Shown here piece after piece: positions 1 to 10,384 of a stretch of 64,000 nt of DNA. Below the pieces are notes generated by a model that had not been told where the DNA came from, searched no databases, and saw nothing but the letters and a program-made list of their open reading frames with translations. The DNA comes from an uncultured Acidobacteriota bacterium (GTDB taxonomy: Bacteria > Acidobacteriota > Vicinamibacteria > Fen-336): positions 256,001 through 320,000 of the forward strand of contig OY970399.1 in assembly GCA_963720545.1 (NCBI GenBank), read 5' to 3'. Within the stretch, counting starts at the first letter, position 1, and every line of letters starts with the position of its first letter. The translations under genes were made by a program, and so were the position numbers.

Positions 1-318
1 AGCATCGAATACACGGGACGCCATGTCGAGATTCCCGAGTCGGTGAAGCGCCTCGCGGCGCGCAAGCTGCAGAAGCTCGAGAAGGTGCTGGGCGCGGGCA
101 CCAGCGCGCACGTGGTGCTGGCGATGGAGCGCAGCCGCAGCCAGGCCGAGGTGACCCTGGTCTCGCCACACCTGACACTGCAGGCGAAGGAGCGCGGTGC
201 CGACTTCGGCGCGGCGCTCACCGCGAGCATGGACAAGCTGGCCCGCCAGGTGCAGACGCGCATCGGCAAGCTGCAGTCGAAGCGCCGCCGCGCTGCCCGC
301 ACCGGCACCGCCGCCTAG
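1..318 (+). CDS. hpf: Ribosome hibernation promoting factor (short HPF/RaiA), 5'-truncated by window edge
   Basis: Frame 1 from base 1 reads SIEYTGRHVEIPESVKRLAARKLQKLEK...DKLARQV, matching the HPF pattern; lies directly upstream of rapZ. Confidence 0.85.
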   Translation, partial: SIEYTGRHVEIPESVKRLAARKLQKLEKVLGAGTSAHVVLAMERSRSQAEVTLVSPHLTLQAKERGADFGAALTASMDKLARQVQTRIGKLQSKRRRAARTGTAA

Positions 319-325
319 AGCGACC

Positions 326-1198
326 GTGCGCCGCGCCGACCGGCATCCCGCCATCCTCGTCATCACCGGCCTCTCGGGGTCGGGGAAGACGCACGTGTCG
401 CGAGCACTCGAGGACGTCGGCTGGTTCTGCGTCGACAACCTGCCGGTGGCGCTGATCCCGCCGTTCAGCGGCCTGATCCGCGGCCACGACGAGCTGCGCC
501 GTTCGGCGCTGGTGGTGGACATCCGCGCCCGCGACTTCACCGAGCGCTTTCCGGCGGTTTACAAAGAGCTGCGGCGCCGCGGGGTCGCGGTGGGCCTGCT
601 GTTCCTCGAAGCCGACGAACGCACATTGGTGCGGCGCTTCAGCGAGACGCGCCGGCCGCACCCGCTCGCCATCAACCAGCCCGCGGTGGACGGCATCCGC
701 GAGGAGCGCGAGAAGCTGCGGCCCATCCGCACCCTCGCCGACCAGATCCTCGACACTTCCGGGATCACGGTCCACCAGCTGCGCGACTGGGTGCGCGAGC
801 ACTACGACGTGCGCGCCGAAGCGCCGCCGCTGGTGGTGTCGGTGATGTCGTTCGGCTACAAGTACGGCGTGCCGGCGGAGGCCGACCTGGTGTTCGACGT
901 GCGCTTCCTGCCGAACCCCAACTTCGTGCGTTCGCTGAAGAAGCTCACCGGCAAGGACGCGCGCGTGGTGCGCTACATCCGCCGCGGGCCCGATGCCGAG
1001 GCGTTCCTGAAGAAGATCGACGCGCTGCTGCGCTTCATGCTGCCGCGCTTCGTCCGCGAGGGCAAAAGCTACCTGACGATCGCGATCGGCTGCACCGGCG
1101 GCCGGCACCGCTCGGTGATGATGGCGGAGGCGCTCGGCGCACGCCTCCGCAAGCGCGGCCTGCCGGTGAACATCCGCCACCGCGACGTGAAGCTGTAG
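326..1198 (+). CDS. rapZ: RNase adapter RapZ (P-loop nucleotide-binding protein)
   Basis: ITGLSGSGKT, FCVDNLP, RRFSETRRPHPL, SFGYKYG, DVRFLPNP, IGCTGGRHRSV; GTG start at 326 chosen. Confidence 0.95.
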   Translation: MRRADRHPAILVITGLSGSGKTHVSRALEDVGWFCVDNLPVALIPPFSGLIRGHDELRRSALVVDIRARDFTERFPAVYKELRRRGVAVGLLFLEADERTLVRRFSETRRPHPLAINQPAVDGIREEREKLRPIRTLADQILDTSGITVHQLRDWVREHYDVRAEAPPLVVSVMSFGYKYGVPAEADLVFDVRFLPNPNFVRSLKKLTGKDARVVRYIRRGPDAEAFLKKIDALLRFMLPRFVREGKSYLTIAIGCTGGRHRSVMMAEALGARLRKRGLPVNIRHRDVKL

Positions 1199-1224
1199 GC
1201 AACGAGGGAAGGAGCGAAACGCGC

Positions 1225-1587
1225 ATGCGCCGGGTCGACAAGCCGTGGGGCCACGAACTCTGGTGGGCGTTCACCGACCGCTACGTCGGCAAGCTCCTGC
1301 ACATCGAGAAGGGCGAGAGCCTGTCTCTGCAGTACCACGAAAAGAAGGACGAGACCATCTGGGTGCAGTCGGGCAGGCTGCTGTTCGAGACGCGCGCGAC
1401 ACCGGCCGACGGGCCGCTCGAGCGCCGCGAGCTGGGCCCGGGCGACGCCTTCCACATCACGCCGTTCACCGTGCACCGCATGACGGCGCTCGAAACCTGC
1501 GACATCCTCGAGGTCTCGACGCCCGAGGTCGAAGACGTGGTCCGCCTCGAAGACCGCTACGGCCGCAAGGGCACCTCCGCCCCCTAG
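1225..1587 (+). CDS. Cupin domain protein (mannose-6-phosphate isomerase-like)
   Basis: KPWGHE, SLSLQYHEKKDET, HRM, EVSTPE..DVVRLEDRYGR; GGAG RBS. Confidence 0.85.
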   Translation: MRRVDKPWGHELWWAFTDRYVGKLLHIEKGESLSLQYHEKKDETIWVQSGRLLFETRATPADGPLERRELGPGDAFHITPFTVHRMTALETCDILEVSTPEVEDVVRLEDRYGRKGTSAP

Positions 1588-1660
1588 CGTTACTCGCGGT
1601 AGTCGAGCGGCGGGTGGCGCTCGCCGACCAGCGACCGATACACCAACTCTCGCGGCCGGT

Positions 1661-3766
1661 TCAGTACTTGCGCAGGGCCAGGGCGGCGTCGACGATGGTC
1701 GCAACCTGCGGCAGGATGGCGTCCTCGAGCACCGGCGCGTAGCCGACGAAGGTGTCGAGCGCGCCGATGCGGCGCACCGGCGCGTCGAGCCATTCGAAGA
1801 GCTCGTCGCCGATGCGCGCGGCGATCTCGGCGCCGTAGCCCCAGGAGAGGCTGTCCTCATGGGCGACGATGACCTTGCCGGTCTTGCGCACGCTCTGCGC
1901 GACCGCTTCCCAGTCGTAAGGCTGCAGCGTGCGCAGGTCGAGCACCTCGAGCGAGACGCCCTGCGCCTCGAGCTGGCGCGCCGCGACCAGCGAGCGCTGC
2001 ACCAGCGCGCCGAAGGTCACGACCGTGACGTCGGCGCCGGCGCGCTTCACCGCCGCCTTGCCGAACGGCACCATGTAGTCGGGGCCGGGGTAGACGCCCT
2101 TGTTGTAGGTCTGACGGTAGAGGTGCTTGTGCTCGAGGAACAGCACCGGGTCGTCACAGCGCAGCGCGGTGCGCAGCAGGCCGTTCGCGTCCTCGGCGTT
2201 CGACGGGATCACGACGCGCAGCCCCGGCGTGTGCGTGAACAGCACCTCGCCGCACTGGCTGTGATAGACGGCGCCGCCCTGCAGGTAGCCGCCGTAGGTG
2301 ACGCGGATGACGACCGGGCACTTGAAGGCGTTGTTGGAGCGCCAGCGCAGCAGCGCCAGCTCGTTGCGCATCTGCATGAACGCCGGCCAGATGTAGTCGA
2401 AGAACTGCACCTCGGCCACCGGCTTCAGGCCGCGCGTGGCCATGCCGATGGCGCGGCCGACGATGCTGGCCTCGGCGAGCGGCGAGTTGTAGACGCGGCT
2501 GCTGCCGTGGCGGCGCTGCAGGTTGTGGGTGACCTTGAAGACACCGCCCTTGCCCTTCACCTGCTCCAGGCTGCCCTCGCGGCTGCAGTCGGCGACGTCC
2601 TCGCCGAAGATGACGATGCGCGGGTCGCGGCCGAGCTCGTCGTTGAGGCAGGCGTTCAGCAGGTCGACGACCGTCTTGGGCCCGCCGTCGGGTTTCGCCT
2701 CGGTGGCAAACGCCGCGGACGTCGGATCGACGTCTTCCGAAAACACGTAGCGCCTGGCGGAGCCGGCTTCCGGCGGCGGCGAGGCAAGTGCCTCGTCGGC
2801 GGCGGCGTTCACTTCGGCATCGACCGACTCGCGCACCGCGGCGAGTTCCTCGGCGCTCGCGAGGCCTTCGCGCAGCAGGAACTCGGGAAACGCGGTGAGC
2901 GGATCGCGGCGCGCGTCCTGATCGCGCTCGGAAGGCGGCCGGTAGTTGGTCTCGTCGTCGGAGAGCGAGTGCGAATAGGGGCGGATGACATGCGCATGCA
3001 CCAGCGCCGGGCCCTTGCGCGCGCGGCACCACTCGGCCGCCTCGCGCAGCACCAGCAGGCTCGCGACCGGATCGCAGCCGTCCACCTCGCGCACGTAGAG
3101 GTCGGGGAACGAGCGCACCAGCTTCGAGATGCTGCCGCCCGCGGTCTGCACTTCCACCGGCACCGAGATCGCGTACTTGTTGTCCTCGACCAGGTAGAGC
3201 ACGGGTGCCTTGAGGTTGCAGGCGCTGTTGAGGCTCTCCCAGAACTCGCCCTGCGACGTCGTGCCCTCGCCGGTGGAGCAGTAGACGATGTCGTCACCCG
3301 CCGCGGCGCTCCCGCCGGCCTGAACCGCCGGGTTCTTCGCGAGGTACATCGAAGCTTCGGCGCAGCCCACCGCCTGCAGGAACTGCGTGCCGGTGGGCGA
3401 CGACTTCGACACCACGTTCAGCTCCGGGAAACCCCAGTGCGACGGCATCTGCCGGCCGCCCGACGCCGGGTCGGCGGCCGCGCCGACGGCGCCCAGCAAC
3501 ATCTGCACCGGGGTGACGCCGAGCTGCAGCATCAACGCGCGGTCGCGGTAGTAGGCGTAGAACCAGTCGCGCCCCGGACGCAGCACCATGCCCGCCGCCA
3601 CCAGCACGGCCTCGTGGCCCGCGCCGCTGATCTGGAAGTAGATGCGGTTCTGGCGCTTGAGCTGGATCTCCTTGTCGTCGATGCGGCGCGACAGGTAGAT
3701 GGTGCGGTACATCGAAACGAGGGTCAGACGATCGACGCCCAACGAATCGGCTACCGACGTTGCCAC
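1661..3766 (-). CDS. 2-oxoacid (branched-chain/pyruvate) dehydrogenase E1, fused alpha+beta subunits
   Basis: TPP motif [12 protein letters not shown]...EDNKYAIS; beta-part [28 protein letters not shown]. Confidence 0.92.
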   Translation of the reverse strand: MATSVADSLGVDRLTLVSMYRTIYLSRRIDDKEIQLKRQNRIYFQISGAGHEAVLVAAGMVLRPGRDWFYAYYRDRALMLQLGVTPVQMLLGAVGAAADPASGGRQMPSHWGFPELNVVSKSSPTGTQFLQAVGCAEASMYLAKNPAVQAGGSAAAGDDIVYCSTGEGTTSQGEFWESLNSACNLKAPVLYLVEDNKYAISVPVEVQTAGGSISKLVRSFPDLYVREVDGCDPVASLLVLREAAEWCRARKGPALVHAHVIRPYSHSLSDDETNYRPPSERDQDARRDPLTAFPEFLLREGLASAEELAAVRESVDAEVNAAADEALASPPPEAGSARRYVFSEDVDPTSAAFATEAKPDGGPKTVVDLLNACLNDELGRDPRIVIFGEDVADCSREGSLEQVKGKGGVFKVTHNLQRRHGSSRVYNSPLAEASIVGRAIGMATRGLKPVAEVQFFDYIWPAFMQMRNELALLRWRSNNAFKCPVVIRVTYGGYLQGGAVYHSQCGEVLFTHTPGLRVVIPSNAEDANGLLRTALRCDDPVLFLEHKHLYRQTYNKGVYPGPDYMVPFGKAAVKRAGADVTVVTFGALVQRSLVAARQLEAQGVSLEVLDLRTLQPYDWEAVAQSVRKTGKVIVAHEDSLSWGYGAEIAARIGDELFEWLDAPVRRIGALDTFVGYAPVLEDAILPQVATIVDAALALRKY

Positions 3767-3854
3767 TCTTCGCTCCTATGAGGCCGCTGCGCCTTTGGTG
3801 AGGGTATGCCTGCCTATCTTAACCACGCCCGCGCCGGGCCGCCGCCTGTGCGCA

Positions 3855-5033
3855 TCACGCGCGCAGCAGGTCGAACAACATCCCGAGCCGCAGCGCCGCC
3901 TGCGCCGGCACGAAGTCGCCGGCGACGCCGACGAGGGTGTCGGCGAGGTCGGGGCGGCGCTGCAACCTGGCCGCCATCTGGTTGGCGAGGCCGGGGCGCG
4001 CCACCACCTGCTGCAGCAGCCGGTTGAAGCGGAACTTGGCCCGGGTGCGCTCGCGCCGCCGCGTCTCGTACACGGACAGCGCCGTGCCGGCGCGCAGGTG
4101 GTCGTCGATGGCCTCGGCGGCGAGCAGCGCGCTGCGCAGGGCGAGGGTGACGCCTTCGCCGGTGAACGGATCGTAGAAGCCCGCCGCGTCGCCGCACAGC
4201 ACCAGGTTGCCGAGCGTGAGCCGCGACACCTCGGAAGCGAGCGGCCCGGTGGCCTGCGGGGGGGCCATGAGCGATGCTCGTTCGAGACGCGCTGCGACCC
4301 GCGGCCAGCGGTGCAGCGTTGCGCGGTAGAAATCCTCGATGCGCCCGCCGGCCGCCGCCATCTCCGAGGCATCGAGGACCAACGCGAGGTTGGCCTCGCC
4401 GCGCCGAAGCGACAAAGGGGCGACGCCGCAGTAGCCGCCGCCACCGACGTGCATCTCGCCCAGATCACCCAGGGCGGCGACGCCTTGCCAGTGGCCGCGC
4501 ACCGCGAACTTGCGCAGCCGCGCCGGCCGCGCCAGGCCGAGACGGCTCGTGAGGGCGCCGCCACGGCCGTCGGCGCAGACGACGACGCGAGCACGAACCA
4601 TCTCCCTGGTGTCGCCGTGCGCGCCGGCTATCCGGACCTCGGCGCCGCCCGGTGCCAACGGCTCGGCGCGGGTCGACTCCAGCACCGAGACCCCGGCGGC
4701 ACGAGCGTGTGCGAGGAGCGCTGCGTCGAGATGCAGCCGGCGCACGCCGAGCCCGGCGTGGCCCTGGTAGCGGCCCTCGAACGAGGTGCCGTCCGGCGCG
4801 GTGAGGCGCATGCCGAGGAGCGGCTGCGGCTCGAGCGCGGCCACGGCTTCGGCCGCGCCCAGTTCGCGCAGGGCCGTCCACGCCTCGGGCGAGAGGCCCT
4901 CGCCGCAAATCTTCTCGCGCGGGAACGCCGCCTTGTCCACCAGCACCACCTCCCGCCCGCGCTGGGCGAGCGCGGTTGCGGCCGCGGCGCCGGCCGGTCC
5001 GCCGCCGACGACCAGCACGTCGCAAACGCTCAC
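3855..5033 (-). CDS. FAD-dependent oxidoreductase (geranylgeranyl-reductase/hydroxylase-like)
   Basis: DVLVVGGGPAG, FPREKICGE, ADG, GDAAGFYDPFTGEG; GTG start overlaps the stop of the upstream gene. Confidence 0.88.
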   Translation of the reverse strand: MSVCDVLVVGGGPAGAAAATALAQRGREVVLVDKAAFPREKICGEGLSPEAWTALRELGAAEAVAALEPQPLLGMRLTAPDGTSFEGRYQGHAGLGVRRLHLDAALLAHARAAGVSVLESTRAEPLAPGGAEVRIAGAHGDTREMVRARVVVCADGRGGALTSRLGLARPARLRKFAVRGHWQGVAALGDLGEMHVGGGGYCGVAPLSLRRGEANLALVLDASEMAAAGGRIEDFYRATLHRWPRVAARLERASLMAPPQATGPLASEVSRLTLGNLVLCGDAAGFYDPFTGEGVTLALRSALLAAEAIDDHLRAGTALSVYETRRRERTRAKFRFNRLLQQVVARPGLANQMAARLQRRPDLADTLVGVAGDFVPAQAALRLGMLFDLLRA

Positions 5034-5716
5034 TGCGCCTTCCTCGCGACCGCAACGAGCCGGTAGGGAAAGACGCGCCGGATCTCGACATCGCCGTCGC
5101 GCACGCCCGCGGCGGCGAACGCGGCGCGCAACTCCGCGACTGTGAAGCTGCGCCGGATGGAGAGCAGGCCGTCGTGGATGCTTACCCTGCTGCGAAACAC
5201 CAACGGGAAAACCATGCGTCCGAAGGCCCAGGGCACGACGGCCCGCCGCAGGTCGTTGACCACCAGCGCCTGGCGCGCCTGCGCATAGAGGCCGCGCAGC
5301 ACCTCGGCCACCGCATCGCCGTCGAAATGATGGAGGAACAGCGAGCAGATGACGACGTCGAAGGAGGGTTCGCGAAACGGCAGGCGGCGCACGTCGCCGG
5401 CAACCGTTGCGACGCACTTCGGCACCTGCCGCAAATGCGCCGGCTTGAGGTCCAGGCCGGTTGCGGCGATCCGTCCGCTGCCCCAGGCGACGAGGTCGGC
5501 CGCCACGTCGCCGGAGCCGCAGCCGGCGTCGAGGAGTCGCAGCGAAGCGGGCGAGCCGCGCAGCAGCGGTGCCATGGCCCGGCGAAAAGATCGCAGGCCG
5601 CCGAGGTTGCGGTTGACCCAGCGGATGTCGCTGAGGCTCGCAGCCACTTCATCGGCAGGCAGCGCCGCGAAATCGAGCTGCTCCGGCTGCGTCGACCGTT
5701 CACGAAAGACGAGCAC
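5030..5716 (-). CDS. SAM-dependent methyltransferase (type III PKS-associated)
   Basis: LLDAGCGSGD, SLFLHHF, VVNDLRR, DGLLSIRRSFT. Confidence 0.88.
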   Translation of the reverse strand: MLVFRERSTQPEQLDFAALPADEVAASLSDIRWVNRNLGGLRSFRRAMAPLLRGSPASLRLLDAGCGSGDVAADLVAWGSGRIAATGLDLKPAHLRQVPKCVATVAGDVRRLPFREPSFDVVICSLFLHHFDGDAVAEVLRGLYAQARQALVVNDLRRAVVPWAFGRMVFPLVFRSRVSIHDGLLSIRRSFTVAELRAAFAAAGVRDGDVEIRRVFPYRLVAVARKAQ

Positions 5717-5741
5717 GCGAGAGAGCGCCCCTTCGGCCCGC

Positions 5742-6815
5742 CTAGAACTCGACCAGCGCCATCTCGGCGCCAAACCCCGGCCCGAACGCGCCCAGCACGC
5801 CGAGCGAACCGCCCGGCGGCGCCTGCGCGCGCAGCACCTCGTGCAGCACGAACAGCACAGTGACCGAACTCATGTTGCCGTGCTCGCTCAACACGGCCTC
5901 GGTCGCCGCCATGTGGTGCGGCTGCAAGCCAAGCTCTTCCTTCATGGCTTCGATGATGCGCCGGCCGCCCGGGTGCAGGATCCAGGCCGCGATGTCCGAC
6001 GCCTTGAGGTCCTCGGGCTCCAGGAACTGCGCGGCGGTTTTGGCGACCTCGCGTTTCACGAACGGCGCCAGGTGGCGGTCGAGCACGATCTGCAGGCCGG
6101 GATTGCGCAGGCGGAAGCCCATGAGGTGGGTGGTGCCGGGAAAGAAGAAGCTGTCGGCGCGGCGAATGCGCGCGAGGCGCTTGCCGGCGAACCGCGGATG
6201 GCGCGTACCAACCAGCACCGCCGCCGCCGCGCCGTCGCCGAAGATCGCGGTGGAGACGACGTTGGTGGCGGAGCGGTCCCAGCGCTGGAACGTCAGGCTC
6301 GAGAGCTCCACCGCCAGCAGCAGCACCGCCGACTCGGGGTGCGCCGTGAGGTAGTCGTGGGCGCGCGCGAGACCGACGACGCCACCGGCGCAGCCGCTCT
6401 CGGTGATGGGCAGGCGCGCGAGCCGCGGGCCGAGCTGCAGCGCGTCGGCGACGAACGCGTCGACCGCGGGAATCATGAAGCCCGTGCACGAGACGCTCAC
6501 CACCAGTCCGAGGTCGCGTGCCTCAACCCCCGAGGCTTCGAGCGCACGCCGCGCCAGCACGGTCGTCTCGCGCTTCGCATGCTCGATGTAGAGGTCGTTC
6601 TGCGTCTCGAAATCGCCGGGAAAAAACACCCGGTCGATCGTCACCACGCTGGCGCGCGTGTCGACGCCGGCGGTGTCGTAGACCTTCAGCAGCCGCCGCG
6701 CCGCGGCCTCGCCGCCCTCACCGTCGCCGAGCCACTCGGCCACCCAGCGGGTGACTTCGGACTGCGGATAGCGGTGGGGCGGGAGGAAACGTTCGAGCGC
6801 GACGATTGCGCTCAA
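5742..6815 (-). CDS. Type III polyketide synthase (chalcone-synthase family)
   Basis: Catalytic triad motifs GCAGG (Cys), HPGG (His), GNMSS (Asn), plus FGDGAAA and FGPGF; TTG start overlaps the ssb stop. Confidence 0.95.
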   Translation of the reverse strand: MSAIVALERFLPPHRYPQSEVTRWVAEWLGDGEGGEAAARRLLKVYDTAGVDTRASVVTIDRVFFPGDFETQNDLYIEHAKRETTVLARRALEASGVEARDLGLVVSVSCTGFMIPAVDAFVADALQLGPRLARLPITESGCAGGVVGLARAHDYLTAHPESAVLLLAVELSSLTFQRWDRSATNVVSTAIFGDGAAAAVLVGTRHPRFAGKRLARIRRADSFFFPGTTHLMGFRLRNPGLQIVLDRHLAPFVKREVAKTAAQFLEPEDLKASDIAAWILHPGGRRIIEAMKEELGLQPHHMAATEAVLSEHGNMSSVTVLFVLHEVLRAQAPPGGSLGVLGAFGPGFGAEMALVEF

Positions 6816-7300
6816 AAGGGAACGTCTTCGTCGCTGACCTCGAAGTTGTCGTCAGCGCCCGAACCGCCGCCCTCACGGCCGCCGCCAGGCCCTGAGGAGC
6901 GTCCACCGCCTCCACCGCCGCCCGGACCAGAGGCGCCGCCGCCGCCGCCTTCGCCGCGGCCGCCGAGCAGCACCAGCTTCGAGTTCGGCCCGCTGATGCG
7001 GATCTTGGTGGTGTTGCGCTTGTTGCCGTCCTTGTCGGTCCACTCGTCGTAGACGATCTGCCCTTCGAGATAGACCGGGCGACCCTTGGTGAGGTAGTCG
7101 CGCGCGATCTGCGCGGTCTTGCCGAACACCTCGACGCGGTGCCAGGCGGTGCGCTCCTGCTTCTCCCCGCTCTTGTCGGTCCACCGTTCGCTGGTCGCCA
7201 CCGAGAAGTTGGCGATGGGCTCGCCACCCTGGGTGTAGCGGATCTCGGGGTCGCGGCCGAGGTTGCCGAGCAAGATCACCTTGTTGACGCTGCCGGACAT
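6812..7300 (-). CDS. ssb: Single-stranded DNA-binding protein
   Basis: SVNKVILLGNLGRDPE, Gly-rich linker, acidic tail DEDVPF. Confidence 0.97.
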   Translation of the reverse strand: MSGSVNKVILLGNLGRDPEIRYTQGGEPIANFSVATSERWTDKSGEKQERTAWHRVEVFGKTAQIARDYLTKGRPVYLEGQIVYDEWTDKDGNKRNTTKIRISGPNSKLVLLGGRGEGGGGGASGPGGGGGGGRSSGPGGGREGGGSGADDNFEVSDEDVPF

Positions 7301-7326
7301 GCTTCGTGGTCCTTTCTGATGACGGC

Positions 7327-8184
7327 CTAGGGAGTCGCCAGTTTTTCGCGGGCGATGCGTGCCGCCGGGGCGCTCGGATAGCGATCGATGACGATGCGGT
7401 ATTCGCGCACCGCTTCGGTGCGCCGGCCGAGCTTCTCGAGGGCCAGGCCCTTCTTGACGTGGGCGTCGGGCAGCTTGTCGCTCGTGGGGTAGTCGCGCTG
7501 CAGGACGCTGAGCGCGTCGACCGACTCCTGGAACTGCTGCTTGCCGTAATAGCACTCGCCGATCCAGTACTGCGCGTTGTCGGTGAAGTCGGTCTTGTAA
7601 TTCTTGACGTACTCCTGGAAGCCCTGGATCGCGAGGTCGTAGTTGCCGCGGGCGAAGTCGGCGTAGGCCTGGCTGTAGAGTTCGCGCGGCGGCGCGGCGG
7701 TGGGCAGGAGCGGCGCGGCAGGAGCGGGCGAGGCGCCTGGAGACGCGGCCGCGGGTGTGGCAGGCGCGTTGGCACCGCCGGGTGGCGGGGTCGGCGCGGG
7801 AGCGAGCGGGTCGGCGCCCGTGGGCGCGGGCACGGGCGCGGCGGGCATCGTCTGGAACTTCTCGCGCAGCTCGGAGAGCCGGTCGGACATGTCGCGCAGC
7901 GACGACTGCACGGCCTCGTCGCGCAGGCGCTGGTCCTGCTGGGCGCGCTTCTGCGTGGCGTTCGCCTCGGCGACCAGGTCGGAGAGGCGTTTCATCTCGC
8001 GCTGGATGCCCTGCACGTTGTCTTCGAGGGCGCGCTGCAGGTCGGCGATTTGCCCCTGCAGGTTGGTGATCTGCGCCTGCAGGGCCTGCATTTCCTTGTT
8101 GGCCGCCAGCGCCGCGGGTGCGAGCAGCGCACCGCCGCCGAGCACGAGCATGGTGATGACGAGTGCACGCCTCAAGACCGTCAT
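7327..8184 (-). CDS. cpoB: Tol-Pal system protein CpoB/YbgF (signal peptide, coiled coil, TPR)
   Basis: Signal peptide, coiled coil, NAQYWIGECYY, YPTSDKLPDA; downstream of tolB. Confidence 0.9.
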   Translation of the reverse strand: MTVLRRALVITMLVLGGGALLAPAALAANKEMQALQAQITNLQGQIADLQRALEDNVQGIQREMKRLSDLVAEANATQKRAQQDQRLRDEAVQSSLRDMSDRLSELREKFQTMPAAPVPAPTGADPLAPAPTPPPGGANAPATPAAASPGASPAPAAPLLPTAAPPRELYSQAYADFARGNYDLAIQGFQEYVKNYKTDFTDNAQYWIGECYYGKQQFQESVDALSVLQRDYPTSDKLPDAHVKKGLALEKLGRRTEAVREYRIVIDRYPSAPAARIAREKLATP

Positions 8185-8250
8185 GAAACTCTCCTTCGCG
8201 TCCGTCTCGCGTTCATCTTAGTACGCGGCCATGCCCGCCCAGGACCGCGC

Positions 8251-9633
8251 TCAGGGACCCCAGTCGGGGTAGACGTTGTTGCCCGGCATGTCGAGGACCC
8301 GGACGATGCGGCCGACGCGGTCGGTGAGCGTCAGCTGCCACTTGCCGTTCTTCTTGCAGGCGAACACCAGGTGGCGGCCATTGCTCGACCACGACGGGTA
8401 CTCGCAGCTGCCCATGCCTTCGCTCACCTGGCGGATCTGGCCGCTCACCAGGTCGATGACCGCGATCTCGAACGAGCCCTCGAGGCGCGCGGTGAACGCG
8501 ACCTCGCTCCACTCGCGCGACGGATTCCACGACGGCGCGTCGCTGTCCATCGAGGTCAGGCGCCGCACGTTGAGGCCGTCCTCGTCCATCACCCAGATGC
8601 GCTGCCCGCCGCTGCGGTCGGAAGTGAAGGCGAGCTCGCGGCCGGTGGGGCTCCAGGTGGGCGCCGTGTCGACGCCGGGCGACTGCGTGAGGCGCTTAGG
8701 GTTCGAGCCGTCGGCGGCCGCCACGTAGATCTCGGCGTTGCCGCCGCGCATGCCTGCGTACGCGATCTTGCTGCCGTCGCGGCTGTAGGCGGGCGCCGCG
8801 AAGTTGCCGGTCATGGTGCGCGTCATGTTGTCGCCGCGGCCCTCGAAGATGAAGGCGCGCAGGATCGAGGCGATGTAGTTGCGGTAGGAGACGTAGGCGA
8901 TGACGCGGCCGTCGGAACTCCAGCTGGGAAACAGGTTGAGCGAGCGTGTGACGGTGAGGCGGCGCGGGTTGAACCCGTCGTAGTCGGCGATGTAGACCTC
9001 CTTCACGCCGCCGGCGCCGCCTTGCGGCGCGTCGCGGTCGGAGGCGAACGCGAGCCGCGACTGCGCGACACCCTTGTACTGCGTGAGGGTCATGACGTCG
9101 TCCGAGGCGCGGTGCGCGAAGCCGCGCGGGTTGTCGTTCTTGCCGGAATACTGCTTCGCCATCATGACGGCGCCGGTGTTCACGTCCCACACCTTGATCT
9201 CGACCGCCAGGTTGCCGCCGCTCACCTCGGCGCGCGACAGCACCAGCACGCTTGCGTCCACACCTTTCCAGTCGAGAAAGTTGGGAGCGTCGAAGTTGAC
9301 GGGCGGCGGCAGCTTCTTGACGAGCGCATCCGGCACGAACTCGAACAGGCCCTCGAACTTCAGGTCGTCCTGCAGCACCTGCGCGATCGTCGCGCACGCG
9401 GGCGCGGTCGCGGCATCGCGGCCGCGCGGCATGCAGTCGGGTATCGCGAAGCGCGGCGGTGCGCCGCCGATGACGATCTGGTAGGCGCCTCCGGGACGTT
9501 GCACCTGCTGCTGCGGGCCTGGCGAAGCGGGCGGCGGCGGCGTCTGGGCGGCGAGTGCCGCGTGCCATAAGAAGGCGGCGCCGAGAGCGGCTCCGCATAC
9601 GGAGAGGATGCGCGTGCGCCTGGTGCTACGCAT
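8251..9633 (-). CDS. tolB: Tol-Pal beta-propeller protein TolB
   Basis: TolB N-domain followed by PD40 repeats (PSWSSDG, PTWSPTG, FTSDRSG), ends PDWGP. Confidence 0.92.
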   Translation of the reverse strand: MRSTRRTRILSVCGAALGAAFLWHAALAAQTPPPPASPGPQQQVQRPGGAYQIVIGGAPPRFAIPDCMPRGRDAATAPACATIAQVLQDDLKFEGLFEFVPDALVKKLPPPVNFDAPNFLDWKGVDASVLVLSRAEVSGGNLAVEIKVWDVNTGAVMMAKQYSGKNDNPRGFAHRASDDVMTLTQYKGVAQSRLAFASDRDAPQGGAGGVKEVYIADYDGFNPRRLTVTRSLNLFPSWSSDGRVIAYVSYRNYIASILRAFIFEGRGDNMTRTMTGNFAAPAYSRDGSKIAYAGMRGGNAEIYVAAADGSNPKRLTQSPGVDTAPTWSPTGRELAFTSDRSGGQRIWVMDEDGLNVRRLTSMDSDAPSWNPSREWSEVAFTARLEGSFEIAVIDLVSGQIRQVSEGMGSCEYPSWSSNGRHLVFACKKNGKWQLTLTDRVGRIVRVLDMPGNNVYPDWGP

Positions 9634-10384
9634 CGGGCTTGAAGCTCGCCTGGATCGTGATTCGATTGGTTCCATAAGTTCTCGGCAATGGCCCGAAAGG
9701 CTGGGCGGAATAAATGGCGCGTTGGGCGGAGAGGTCGATGGCGGAGCTGCCCGAGGTCTGCACGAGGCGGACGTCGGCAACCGAGCCGTCGGCGTTGATC
9801 GAGAAGGAAACGATGGCGGTCTGCGCCATGCCGCTGTGCATCTGACCCATCCACAATGACCATACCTTGCGTTGCACCCCCGCAAGATACCAGTCGCCGT
9901 TGACGTCGGTGCCCTCGGGCACGCCGGGACCGGCGGTGAGACCGACACCACCGGGCGCGGACTGCGCCGCGGCGGCCGCGGCAGGCGCCGGCGGGGCAGA
10001 GGACCGCACGTCGGGCTTCCGGCCCTTCCTGTCCGGAACCTTCTTCTGGTCGACCTCGGGGAGGCGGTTCGGGTTCGGTTCGTCCTTCGGCGGCTTGATC
10101 ACCCTTGGCGCCGGCGCCGGTTTCGCCTCTTGCTGCGGTTCTTCCTTCGGCGGCTTCACCACCGGCGGCACCGTGCGGGCCGTGACCGCACCGCCGCCGC
10201 CGCGCGGCAGCGGTGCCGCGAAGCCGTCCATCACCTTGAGGGGCGGAGTGCGGGTGAAGAGCGACAGCACGAACACGCCGGCCACCACGCCTGCGTGCAG
10301 CAGGGAAGACGTCACGACGCTGCTGCGAAAGTTGCCGTCCTCCGCCGCGCGGTCCGCGATCAAGCGGCTGACGGCATCGCTCAC
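9626..10384 (-). CDS. TolA/TonB-family protein
   Basis: TM segment with SSLLH motif, Pro/Lys-rich linker, TonB-C-like domain (FSINADGSV...SGSSAIDLSA). Confidence 0.85.
   Translation of the reverse strand: MSDAVSRLIADRAAEDGNFRSSVVTSSLLHAGVVAGVFVLSLFTRTPPLKVMDGFAAPLPRGGGGAVTARTVPPVVKPPKEEPQQEAKPAPAPRVIKPPKDEPNPNRLPEVDQKKVPDRKGRKPDVRSSAPPAPAAAAAAQSAPGGVGLTAGPGVPEGTDVNGDWYLAGVQRKVWSLWMGQMHSGMAQTAIVSFSINADGSVADVRLVQTSGSSAIDLSAQRAIYSAQPFGPLPRTYGTNRITIQASFKPDA

Noticed and set aside
5742..6815. Type III PKS product acting as a sulfate shuttle for the cysDN locus (caprazamycin-like)
   Set aside because: It is over 20 kb away, in a separate operon, and no sulfotransferases are present.
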